Shown: one piece after another, positions 17,144-25,740 of the stretch
Layout: each line of letters starts with the position of its first letter
Numbering within the stretch: position 1 is the first letter of the stretch
NCBI GenBank assembly: GCA_965200075.1
Contig: OZ241338.1
Span: 2,007,898-2,071,897 of the forward strand
Source: Capsulimonadaceae bacterium
GTDB taxonomy: Bacteria > Armatimonadota > Armatimonadia > Armatimonadales > Capsulimonadaceae
DNA length: 64,000 nucleotides
Direction: 5' to 3'
Program-made: the position numbers and the translations under genes
Notes under the pieces: generated by a model
What the model saw: only the letters and a program-made list of their open reading frames with translations
Database searches by the model: none
Told to the model about the DNA's origin: nothing

Positions 17144-17884
17144 CTATTGCTCGTCTCTTTCAAGTTTACACAAAGGGCATAGTGTTTTGTCGGTTTGGGA
17201 TGACCGCAAGCGAGATGCGGGTCTGCGGAAAGAATGACCGCATTCCAATGAAATCTGGACAGCAGAGCCAAAGTGTCTTGTTGCTTTGGCTTTCTCTACG
17301 GAAACAATTTGTCGCCACATTAAATCGACGACTTGAATAGCTTTCCATTTATAAGAAAGGGCTTCAACGGGGCAGGGGCCGACATAATCTAGGAAGTGCT
17401 GTACACGACCGCCTCGCAGATACAATGAATTATTTTGTTTGAGGCGAAACTGTAGGTTTTGCTCTTGAAGTTTTGACACAAATCCTGATAACGCTTCCCG
17501 GTCAAATCCATATGTTCCAAATTCAATATGCTGGACTTGTTTTTCTGGATTCGCCATTAAAAACCCGTCTCCAAGATATTCATTTAGGAGCAGGGATGGA
17601 GTGACTTGCAAGTCTGAAGGTAGAAGTTTTTTGCCCTGCGGATACCAGTATTGATACGCTGAGACATAAATAGGGCTTGTTCGAGTACTTAACAGCCAGT
17701 ATTGGTATTTGCCAGAGGGATGAGGGCCGCTGATGCGCGATTCTGTAGGCAGCCATGAAGCGACCCATTCCAAAAAAGTCGGCTCCTTGCACGTTTGCTG
17801 GTAGCGGGGGTAGTGGCATTGACCGGGAACAGTCAGGTTGCCATCCGACATTAGGATACCGTCTAGCAGTTCAATCCATGACAT
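17144..17884 (-). CDS. Free-standing LAGLIDADG-type homing-endonuclease-like protein
   Basis: Two LAGLIDADG-like motifs (WIELLDGILMSDGNL and LLNEYLGDGFL) with the usual spacing. C-terminal C..H…CxxC cluster (ECGHSF…CPLC). AT-richer patch. ATG 17884 is preferred over the listed TTG 17911, which lies inside the terminator stem. Confidence 0.6.
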   Translation of the reverse strand: MSWIELLDGILMSDGNLTVPGQCHYPRYQQTCKEPTFLEWVASWLPTESRISGPHPSGKYQYWLLSTRTSPIYVSAYQYWYPQGKKLLPSDLQVTPSLLLNEYLGDGFLMANPEKQVQHIEFGTYGFDREALSGFVSKLQEQNLQFRLKQNNSLYLRGGRVQHFLDYVGPCPVEALSYKWKAIQVVDLMWRQIVSVEKAKATRHFGSAVQISLECGHSFRRPASRLRSSQTDKTLCPLCKLERDEQ

Positions 17885-17909
17885 TGGAATACCGTCCGTG
17901 AAAAGATAC

Positions 17910-17939
17910 AAGCCGGAAGCGAGAAATCGCTTCCGGCTT
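17910..17939 (-). terminator. Hairpin terminator after nrdJ
   Basis: 12-bp stem aagccggaagcg-agaaat-cgcttccggctt, 13 nt after the nrdJ stop. Confidence 0.65.
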
Positions 17940-17951
17940 TTGTCGTCAAGG

Positions 17952-20900
17952 CTACGAGCAGCCTAGAGAAGTCCCGCAGGAAACACAGCGGTAGCAGGCT
18001 CCGTTGCGAATGGTAATCGCGCCGCATTCAGGGCACGGCGGGGCATCGGACTGGGCGCGGTAGATTTCGCGCTCGTGTTCGCTCAGCGTCGCCGTCCGGG
18101 TGTCGGCGAGGTGGGACAAGTCCCCTGTGCCGTTCCCATTTTTGATCCCGCTTCCGTTGCTGCCGTTGCTCAGTGTGCCGCTGCGGGCATCGTGCGCCGG
18201 GTAGGCATCGTCTGCGGGCTGGTCGGCGAGGAGGCCGACATTGTGGCGGTCTTCGGCTTGCAGGAAGCGCAGGGCCAGATAGCGGAAGATATAGTCCATG
18301 ACGGACTTTGCCATCGGTATCTCTTTGTTGCCGGTGAAGCCCGACGGCTCAAAGCGCGAGTGGATGAACTTGTCTACCAGCGTTTGCAGCGGGACGCCAT
18401 ATTGCAAAGCCAGCGAGATCGCGGTAGCGAAGCTGTCCATCAGGCCCGAAATGGAAGAGCCTTCTTTGGACATCCGAATGAAGATTTCCCCTGGCTGGCG
18501 CGTGTCCGGGTACAGCCCCACCGTCAGGTAGCCCTCATGGCCGCCGATGCTGAACTTGTGCGTTACGCCGTCCCGCTCATTGGGCAGGCGGCGGCGGACA
18601 GCCTTCGGAACCGCCGGGATGAGCGTCGCCGAGGATGTTTCCACTTCGTCGGTCTGTACGGCTGCCTTGTCTGCGGCAGGGGTTTCCTTGCCCATGTTCA
18701 GCGGCTGCGTGCGTTTGGAGCCGTCCCGGTAGACAGCGACCGCCTTGATGCCCAGCTTCCACGCCTCCATATAAGTCTCGGCAATGTCGTCGGGCGTCGC
18801 GCTGTTCGGCAGGTTGACCGTATTATGGTTGACGATGCCGTTGCCCACAAAGGCATGAGTGACGGGCACAGACACATCGTAGACCGTCTGCACCCCGGCC
18901 TCGTTGACTTCGGTGACGGGGCTGAAGCGCAGGTTGTCCCGCAGGACGCTTTGCAGCCATTCCGGCAGGACGACGCCCGGACGGGCAGCAACACGCTCCA
19001 GGGTGCGCCGACTGACCTGCTTCGTGCGCGGGTCGGCCAGGAAATAGAACTCGGCCCGTGCGCGGCCCGCCGGGATCAGGGCTTGCAGCGCACGGCCTGT
19101 GAGACCCGGCACGACATCCGCCGTGCTTTGCGCGAACGTGCGGGTCAGCAAACGCGCCGCCGAGGCGGCTTTGTCCGGCTCCATGAAGGGAACCAGACGC
19201 GCAAACTGCTGCGCCCATTCCCCGGCCAGATACACCTCGTCATACGTCTTGCCGTTGGTGTTGTTCTTTTTGGAGATGCGGCTGTGAACCAGACCCAGGT
19301 TAGTGAGAATGGCCTGCAAGTCGTCGAGCAGCAGGGGCGCGTCGAGGCAGAGTGCCACGCGGGCCAGTGTTCCCTCTGGCACGGCATAGCCATCCAGCAT
19401 CAGGCCGGACAGGAACGACAGCACCATCGGGCGGGGCGACTGCAAAATCGCATCGGGAATGCGCTTGGCCGAGGCCCGCGCCCCGCAGCCCAGGGCTTCC
19501 ATCCACAGCACAATGCGCTTGGAGGACACTTTAACCCCCGGACATTTGCCTGGCTGACGCTCGATCACGGCCTTGACACCGAACTCGGACTGCCAGGCGC
19601 TAACCGCCCGCTCCAGAACGGCGTCTACTGAGTTAGTCAGCGTCACAGTCCAGTTGGAGCGCGTCGTGTGCCCTTCGGCGGCATAGGCTCCCAGCAGCCA
19701 GGCTAGCTCTTCGGTCATGGTTTCGGGCAGCGCGACGCGCTTTTCAGACCCGTGCAGCGGCGTGGTCAGAACCGGCAGACGCGGCGGGGTTTCGGCCCAC
19801 AAATCCGTGCCGTACTGCGTCGCCACGGCTTCGCCCGACTCGATTTCGTCCAGCCGCACCCAGTCCAGCCGCCCGGCGCGGGCCACCAGCAGGCGATGGT
19901 TGGGTGTGCCGGTGATGCGATGCCCGGAGCGCAGGGTCACGCCCAGGGTCGGCTTGCCGCCGCCGTAATAGAAGGCATCCGTCTCCCGCGTACCGCCCAG
20001 GGAGGCCAGCGGCAGGCGGGCCGGGCGGAACGTGTCCGGCTTTTCGTTTTGGTAGAGGCTGCCGATCCGCACCAGACCCCGACCCGTCGCCAGCAGCGTG
20101 TCGCCGGTAACGCATTTGCTGATCGCTCCCGAAATGAACGGCTGGGCCGCCGCCATCATTTTGATGTGGCCCCGGTAGTGGATCGAGCGGGTTCCGTTCA
20201 TGGGCCGGAAAGCGCAGTCAAAGATGGGCAGATGCTCGGGCTTCAAATCAGTCGCGCCCTCGATGGTGTCATGCTCATCAATGAAGCCGATGATACTCTG
20301 CCGCTCGGCTTCCGAGTAGCCCAGACGTTCCAGAGCTTCAGGGACGGTCTGGTTGACAATCTTCATCATGCCGCCGCCGACCAGCGACTTGTACTTGACA
20401 ATGGCGATGTCCGGCTCAATCCCCGTCGTGTCACAATCCATCAAAAAACCAATGGTGTTATGGGACACAAAACCCTGCGCGATATAAGTCACGTTGGCCG
20501 GGACCGACAGGTCATAGGTCAGCTGTTCGCCGCCGTCTTCATTGGACGCGATTACATCATAGAAGAAGCGCAGGGCATGACCGACCCGCGCCTCCTGCGT
20601 CGCCGCATACAGCGCCTCGGCAGACCGGCGCGTGATCGCCCCAGGATGGCGCTTTTGCGACAGCGTAATCGCGTTGTAAAGCGGACTGTTTTTGGGCACA
20701 AGCTCGGCAATCACTTCGGGGGCCAGATAGATATAATCGTGCCGGGCCGCCTGTTCGCTCTGGCTTTTGGAAACCAGCCCTGCCTTGCGGGCGCTCATAA
20801 AGCCAACAGCTTCACGGTAGCGGGCCGTGTACGACGTATTCCGCAGGCGCAGCACCCAGAGCGGCGACTGTCCCCAGCCGGTCGTGTCCTGCTTAGTGGA

Positions 20901-23900
20901 GGTCGGGATGCCCAGCGCCAGCAGCAGGGTTTTGACTTCTTCGGAGAAGGGCCGATGCACCGTACTCCAGCAGGGCACGCCGCCCGTCACCGTACCGTCG
21001 GCTTCGTACAGGCCACGCAGGAACGCGCCATAAACCGCCGGGTCGTTTGTCGCCAGCACAGCGTCAGGAATGCGCGGCAGGTAGCCTTTGCCCGAATGCT
21101 CCGGGCCGGGCGACAGCTTCGCAAAGCCGCACGCCTCCCACCACAGTGTCAGCGGCACGGAATGCACCGCGACCTCGCAGTAGCCCTGCTGCGGCGTCAA
21201 ATGCGCGTCCAGATTGAACAGCGATTTGACTAGGAATTGCACACGCTCCGCCACATCCAGATCAGTGTTTGCTACGCAGAAGCGCGGGCCTTTGGCGTGC
21301 ATCGAGCCGTCGCCCATGAAGTAGCCAATTAGCTCCGCCAGGTCCGCCGTCATCGTCCGAGGAACCCGCGTGGTGTAGTCACCGGTCCAATACTCCTCGC
21401 CCAGCGGCGGCAGCGTGACGGCCTGCGGCTCGCCGAGCATCTGTCCCATTGAGAGCGCCACTACATCGCCCGGCGCGATGTCGCCGAACCGTTTCCAGTC
21501 CCAGTGCCCCGTGGCGGCGTCCACCACTTTGATTCGGTGCTTGGGCGTGCCCTGAATGGCATAGCCCGTTCGCGTGGTAATGCGCCGCGTGGCGTCTCGC
21601 CCGTTGACATAGAACTTGGTCGCCTGCTGCTGGCCTGTGTCGGTCAAAACGCCAAAGTTGACATCCTGCCACTGCGAACCGTGCACGTCACCCAGCCGGT
21701 TCAGCCGCACTACGCCCCGGTCGGTGATGACCAGTGACCCAGCCACTAGGCAGCCCGTCGGTGCGAGTACCGTGGCCTGTGCGTTGCGGTAGCCGTGTAA
21801 TTCCCCTAACGCGACCGTCTCGTCCCAGGCGGTCCGGGCGGCTTGGAGCAGCGTTTCGGGGATGAGGGCGGCGTCGATGTCGTCCACGGCGGCGCGGTGC
21901 TTGCCCATGACCCGCAGCATCGGCTCGCGGTTGTGGGCATAGCCTGCGAACGGTCCGCCGCAGTCGCGGGCGACCTGTGCGGATTGATGATACGCCCGCC
22001 CCGTCATCAGCGAAGTCACGGCCCCGGCGTAGGCCCGGCCCGCGTCGCTGTCATAGGGCAGCCCCGCCGCCATTAGCAGTGCCCCGAGGTTCGCGTAGCC
22101 CAGCCCCAGAGGCCGGTACTCATGCGAGCGCGATGTGATTTTCTCCGTCGGATAGTGCGCGAACCCGACCATCATCTCCTGCGCCGTGATCATGATTTTG
22201 ACCGCGTGTTCAAACGACGCCGTATCAAACGCCCCGCTCCCCGCCTCCCGGAACTTCATCAGGTTCAGCGATGACAGATTGCAGGCCGTGGAGTTCAGGA
22301 AGAAGAACTCGCTGTTGGAGACGACGATTGAGAGCAGCCCTGCCGAATGACCATCCGTGATAGCAAAATTGTGTGTGCCTTCCACTTCCATATCATAGAC
22401 GGCTACGTCATCTTCCAGCGTCAGCGGCGTCACCGACAGCAAAACATCGGCGGCCTCGGCCAGCGTTGCCACCAGGGCTTCCGAGTTCTCCGGCAGGTCT
22501 TTCGCCGCGCAGCGCAGAGAGCAAAGCGCCGTGCCGACAGCAAGATGACGCGCTTCTACAAACTCACCACCTTGCGTCAGGAACCGATGCTCCGGCGTAC
22601 AGCGGAAGGTCAAGCCCCGCTCCGTCTTGACTTCTACCAGCTCCCGCGTGTGGCCCGCAATCCAGACTTTGTTGATCGCTTGCAGTGCAGGCTGCCGATT
22701 GTGCCGATCAAAGGAGAAGACCGTCGGCAGGTCCTCGCCCGCTTCGTGCCGCGCATAGAGCGAGGCAAACGGGATTTGCCCTTCGGCGGTTTCAATCAGC
22801 GTTTCCCCCACAAAGCAGCAGGGATTACTGGCGTAGATGCGGTCGGTGTTGGCGCAGGTGTGCCAGTCGTTCGAGATGGTGTCGAACTGCATTCCGGGGT
22901 CACCGCACGTCCACGTTCCTTCGGCGATGGAGTGGAGCAGGTCTTTGGCCCGCAGGGTTTCGGCGGTCTCGCCGGTGGTGCGGAACTTGGTGTCCCAGGG
23001 GCCGTCGGCCTCCGCCGCCTGCATAAACTGGTCAGTAACGCGCACGCTGTGGTTGGCATTCTGGAAGGGCACGGTGTCATACGCACCATTCGCCACATTG
23101 AACGCCCCCGAATAGCCTGCGTCAATCAGCGCGTGGGCTTTCAGCTCGGCGTCTTTCTTGCAGTCCACAAACTCCTGAATATCGGGGTGGTCGGCATCCA
23201 GAATCACCATCTTGGCCGCCCGGCGCGTGGAACCGCCGCTTTTGATGCTGCCCGCCGAAGCGTCCAGCCCCTTCATAAACGCTATCGGCCCGCTGGACCG
23301 CCCGCCCGCTGCCAGCGGCTCTTTGGACGAGCGCAGGGAAGACAGATTCTGGCCGCTACCACTGCCGTCTTTAAAGAGCATTCCCTCAGTCTTGTAGAGG
23401 TCTAATATGCTCTCCATTGTGTCATTCACTTCCGTGATATAACAGTTGTGCAGGAGGATGCCTTCAGCCCAAAATGTCTCACTTTCGGTCTGAATGTCAT
23501 AGACGTATTCGGAGCCGCCCTGCGTTTTGCTGACTAGCAGCACGTCCGAGGCCCGCAGCGAAGACGCTATCGCAAGCTGCCGCTCGGTCATCCGAGCCTG
23601 CTTTTCCGCATGGGTGAAGCCGACATGCACTTCAAACTGCTCCACAGACAGATTGTCGTGAATACCCAGCGAGTAAGAAGTCTTACGGGCGTAATCGTCG
23701 CGGGAGTCTGTGTAAGCCGTCAGCGCGGCATAGATACCCAGCGAGCGAAGCAGGGTTTGCGCGGCCTGTACCAGCGGCAGGCTGGTGTTGGAAAAGACGG
23801 GCAGGCGGCGGTTTTCGTTTTGCGACACATGACCATCGGCGTCAAACAGACCGCCCAGGAATGCGCCGATATTTTTCGCGCTGGTCCGGTAAATCCATTC

Positions 23901-25697
23901 GGGAACCTGTTTGTCACCGACGCGGCCCCATAGGCCAAGTGCCGACCAAAAGGCGCGGCTGACTGCGCCATGTCCGCGCAGGCAGAAGCCCCAGGATTTG
24001 ATATGAGTGCGGAACGGGACGCCGTACTTGGTCAAGACAGCTTCGGCCCGGTCCTTCTCCGGTACAGTATTAATTTTCAGGTCCCAAGTGTCGCTGGTCA
24101 GTGATTGAGAGCGCCCGCAGTAGCCATCACCAACCATCAGGCCGGTCAGCCAGGCGAGGTCTGTGTCGGGCGTCAGCGAGTGCAGGTCTTGAACGGTCGT
24201 TTTCGGCAGCAGCACCGAGCGGCTCAGGATAAGCCGATCTACGCCAGCCACCAAATTTCCCGCTTCTTTTTCCACAATCTCGCCCTTGTAGCCGCGCACA
24301 AAAACGCGGTGGTTGGACGTGCAGCGCAGGGTCGATCCGTCGGCCAGGTGGTAGCGGAACACGCGCTTGCGGCCATTGCACACAGCAGCCACAATCCGCG
24401 ACGGGGAGCCATCGGGCGCGAAGGTGAAGATTTGGGCTTGGGGGTTGGCCCCGAACAGCCGCACAATCTCACCAATCGGCAGCAGGCCCCGGTCAGTGTT
24501 GACACGCACGTCATAGGGCAGGCACGCACTGACCGCCTGGCGGCGGCCTGCCCAGCCCAGGTTGAACCAGACGGGGGAGTTGAAGGCAGCGTACTGGTGC
24601 AGCAGAATGTAGCGCAGCTCGTCGTGGAACACTTCGGCGTCGGCGTCGGAGGCGAAGTAGCTGCCCTCACGGCCCCATTCAACGATGCGGTCAGCGACGC
24701 GGCCAATGAGCTGCTTGACGCTGTATTCGCGCTCTAACGTGCCAATCTGGCCCCGGAAGTATTTGGACACCACAACGTTGGTAGCAAGCTGAGACCAGGC
24801 TTTGGGGATTTCGACGCCGCTCTGCTCAAAGACGACTTTGCCGTCGCTGCCGACGATGCTGGCGGTTCGCAGCTCCCAGTCGGTAGTTGCCCAGACGTCC
24901 TGGCCAGCTTCGGTGTAACGGCGCTCAAACGTCAGGCCCGGCGCGGGCGTGTCGACGGGTGCGGCTTTGGCCTTTTTGGCGGGCGCGGGAGGCGGCTCCG
25001 GTGCGGCCAGCAGCTCAGGCTCAAGCAGGGCTTCGGCGGCGGCTTCGGGCAGGGCTTCGGCAAGAGGCGGCTCAATCTCCTGCTCGACTTCGGGCGCGGC
25101 CACAGGGTCCGCAAAGGCGTCCAGGTCTGGGCCTGCCTCGGTCATCGGCTCCGCCTCTATTTCGCCCACTGGCTCCGGCTCAGCCAGCAATTCGGGTTCG
25201 GCTAATTCGGGTTCGGCTAATTCGGGTTCGGCTAATTCGGGTTCGGCCAATTCGGGTTCGGCTAATTCAGGTTCGGCCAATTCGGGTTCGGCCACTGGCT
25301 CCGGCTCGGACATTGGGGCGGCCTCGGCGGGGGCTTGAAAATCTTCGCGGGCGGCCCGCAGGGGGCTGGCTATCGGGGCAGGCTCATCGGCCAGCATTCG
25401 GGCCATGACGCTGTCCTCAAAGGGGTCTTCCTCGCCGAAGGGGTCCGACTCGGCGGCCTGCGCGATTTGCGACGGTGCGGGGAAGCTGCCGACGGGGACG
25501 TCCGCCGGATGCCTGGCGGTCAGGTCGACGTCTTCGCCACCAAATAGCGCCCCAGCCGGTTCCGTATCAGGCGCGGTGAGAGGGGCGAGCGTCGGGGCAG
25601 GCTTGCGGGCGGCGCGGGGCTTCATCGGCTCTTCGTCGCCGAGCAAATCGAGCGTAGTTCCTGTGGTGTTTTTCTTGCCATTGCTTCGTTCGGGCAT
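17952..25697 (-). CDS. nrdJ: Adenosylcobalamin-dependent (class II) ribonucleotide reductase NrdJ precursor with four inteins
   Basis: Extein motifs: GLTFERRYT…, SNPC|SEFFFLNSTACNL (thiyl-radical loop), APTG|TIGFLMDCDTTGIEPD, ISK|TVNLPNS, and a C-terminal CPECG…CYRCVSCG zinc ribbon. It is downstream of nrdR, with AGGAAA 6 nt before the ATG. Confidence 0.95.
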   Translation of the reverse strand: MPERSNGKKNTTGTTLDLLGDEEPMKPRAARKPAPTLAPLTAPDTEPAGALFGGEDVDLTARHPADVPVGSFPAPSQIAQAAESDPFGEEDPFEDSVMARMLADEPAPIASPLRAAREDFQAPAEAAPMSEPEPVAEPELAEPELAEPELAEPELAEPELAEPELAEPELLAEPEPVGEIEAEPMTEAGPDLDAFADPVAAPEVEQEIEPPLAEALPEAAAEALLEPELLAAPEPPPAPAKKAKAAPVDTPAPGLTFERRYTEAGQDVWATTDWELRTASIVGSDGKVVFEQSGVEIPKAWSQLATNVVVSKYFRGQIGTLEREYSVKQLIGRVADRIVEWGREGSYFASDADAEVFHDELRYILLHQYAAFNSPVWFNLGWAGRRQAVSACLPYDVRVNTDRGLLPIGEIVRLFGANPQAQIFTFAPDGSPSRIVAAVCNGRKRVFRYHLADGSTLRCTSNHRVFVRGYKGEIVEKEAGNLVAGVDRLILSRSVLLPKTTVQDLHSLTPDTDLAWLTGLMVGDGYCGRSQSLTSDTWDLKINTVPEKDRAEAVLTKYGVPFRTHIKSWGFCLRGHGAVSRAFWSALGLWGRVGDKQVPEWIYRTSAKNIGAFLGGLFDADGHVSQNENRRLPVFSNTSLPLVQAAQTLLRSLGIYAALTAYTDSRDDYARKTSYSLGIHDNLSVEQFEVHVGFTHAEKQARMTERQLAIASSLRASDVLLVSKTQGGSEYVYDIQTESETFWAEGILLHNCYITEVNDTMESILDLYKTEGMLFKDGSGSGQNLSSLRSSKEPLAAGGRSSGPIAFMKGLDASAGSIKSGGSTRRAAKMVILDADHPDIQEFVDCKKDAELKAHALIDAGYSGAFNVANGAYDTVPFQNANHSVRVTDQFMQAAEADGPWDTKFRTTGETAETLRAKDLLHSIAEGTWTCGDPGMQFDTISNDWHTCANTDRIYASNPCCFVGETLIETAEGQIPFASLYARHEAGEDLPTVFSFDRHNRQPALQAINKVWIAGHTRELVEVKTERGLTFRCTPEHRFLTQGGEFVEARHLAVGTALCSLRCAAKDLPENSEALVATLAEAADVLLSVTPLTLEDDVAVYDMEVEGTHNFAITDGHSAGLLSIVVSNSEFFFLNSTACNLSSLNLMKFREAGSGAFDTASFEHAVKIMITAQEMMVGFAHYPTEKITSRSHEYRPLGLGYANLGALLMAAGLPYDSDAGRAYAGAVTSLMTGRAYHQSAQVARDCGGPFAGYAHNREPMLRVMGKHRAAVDDIDAALIPETLLQAARTAWDETVALGELHGYRNAQATVLAPTGCLVAGSLVITDRGVVRLNRLGDVHGSQWQDVNFGVLTDTGQQQATKFYVNGRDATRRITTRTGYAIQGTPKHRIKVVDAATGHWDWKRFGDIAPGDVVALSMGQMLGEPQAVTLPPLGEEYWTGDYTTRVPRTMTADLAELIGYFMGDGSMHAKGPRFCVANTDLDVAERVQFLVKSLFNLDAHLTPQQGYCEVAVHSVPLTLWWEACGFAKLSPGPEHSGKGYLPRIPDAVLATNDPAVYGAFLRGLYEADGTVTGGVPCWSTVHRPFSEEVKTLLLALGIPTSTKQDTTGWGQSPLWVLRLRNTSYTARYREAVGFMSARKAGLVSKSQSEQAARHDYIYLAPEVIAELVPKNSPLYNAITLSQKRHPGAITRRSAEALYAATQEARVGHALRFFYDVIASNEDGGEQLTYDLSVPANVTYIAQGFVSHNTIGFLMDCDTTGIEPDIAIVKYKSLVGGGMMKIVNQTVPEALERLGYSEAERQSIIGFIDEHDTIEGATDLKPEHLPIFDCAFRPMNGTRSIHYRGHIKMMAAAQPFISGAISKCVTGDTLLATGRGLVRIGSLYQNEKPDTFRPARLPLASLGGTRETDAFYYGGGKPTLGVTLRSGHRITGTPNHRLLVARAGRLDWVRLDEIESGEAVATQYGTDLWAETPPRLPVLTTPLHGSEKRVALPETMTEELAWLLGAYAAEGHTTRSNWTVTLTNSVDAVLERAVSAWQSEFGVKAVIERQPGKCPGVKVSSKRIVLWMEALGCGARASAKRIPDAILQSPRPMVLSFLSGLMLDGYAVPEGTLARVALCLDAPLLLDDLQAILTNLGLVHSRISKKNNTNGKTYDEVYLAGEWAQQFARLVPFMEPDKAASAARLLTRTFAQSTADVVPGLTGRALQALIPAGRARAEFYFLADPRTKQVSRRTLERVAARPGVVLPEWLQSVLRDNLRFSPVTEVNEAGVQTVYDVSVPVTHAFVGNGIVNHNTVNLPNSATPDDIAETYMEAWKLGIKAVAVYRDGSKRTQPLNMGKETPAADKAAVQTDEVETSSATLIPAVPKAVRRRLPNERDGVTHKFSIGGHEGYLTVGLYPDTRQPGEIFIRMSKEGSSISGLMDSFATAISLALQYGVPLQTLVDKFIHSRFEPSGFTGNKEIPMAKSVMDYIFRYLALRFLQAEDRHNVGLLADQPADDAYPAHDARSGTLSNGSNGSGIKNGNGTGDLSHLADTRTATLSEHEREIYRAQSDAPPCPECGAITIRNGACYRCVSCGTSLGCS
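18822..20114 (-). mobile_element. Intein 4 (431 aa, LAGLIDADG endonuclease domain)
   Basis: Starts CVTGDTLLATGRG after GAISK. Block B is GTPNHRL. LAGLIDADG pair LLGAYAAEGH / FLSGLMLDGY. Ends …GNGIVNHN followed by Thr. Confidence 0.85.
20457..21752 (-). mobile_element. Intein 3 (432 aa, LAGLIDADG endonuclease domain)
   Basis: Starts CLVAGSLVITDRG after VLAPTG. Block B is GTPKHRI. LAGLIDADG pair LIGYFMGDGS / FLRGLYEADGT. Ends …QGFVSHN followed by Thr. Confidence 0.85.
22314..22817 (-). mobile_element. Intein 2 (168-aa mini-intein, no endonuclease domain)
   Basis: Starts CFVGETLIETAEG directly after SNPC. Block B is CTPEHRF and block F is VYDMEVEGTHNFAI. Ends …LSIVVSN followed by Ser, so the penultimate residue is Ser rather than His. 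Confidence 0.75.
23445..24524 (-). mobile_element. Intein 1 (360 aa, LAGLIDADG endonuclease domain)
   Basis: Starts CLPYDVRVNTDRG after …RRQAVSA. Block B is LRCTSNHRV. LAGLIDADG pair LTGLMVGDGY / LGGLFDADGH. Ends …WAEGILLHN followed by Cys. Confidence 0.85.
25189..25293 (-). repeat. 15-bp in-frame tandem repeat x7 inside the nrdJ 5' region
   Basis: Plus-strand unit aattcgggttcggcY repeated 7 times (one G>A variant), encoding (AEPEL)7. Flanked by near-identical cactggctccggctc segments. Confidence 0.95.
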
Positions 25698-25740
25698 GAT
25701 GTTTCCTATCGTTTATAAGTGAATAAATTAATTTTTGGGG

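Noticed and set aside
25189-25293. A regular 15-bp repeat could be mistaken for a CRISPR-like array.
   Set aside because: The units are contiguous with no spacers, in-frame within nrdJ, and far shorter than CRISPR repeats. No cas genes are in the window.
24887-25408. Plus-strand ORFs with …IRVRLIRVRLIRVRL… repeats.
   Set aside because: This is an antisense translation of the nrdJ 15-bp tandem repeat. It is not independent coding.
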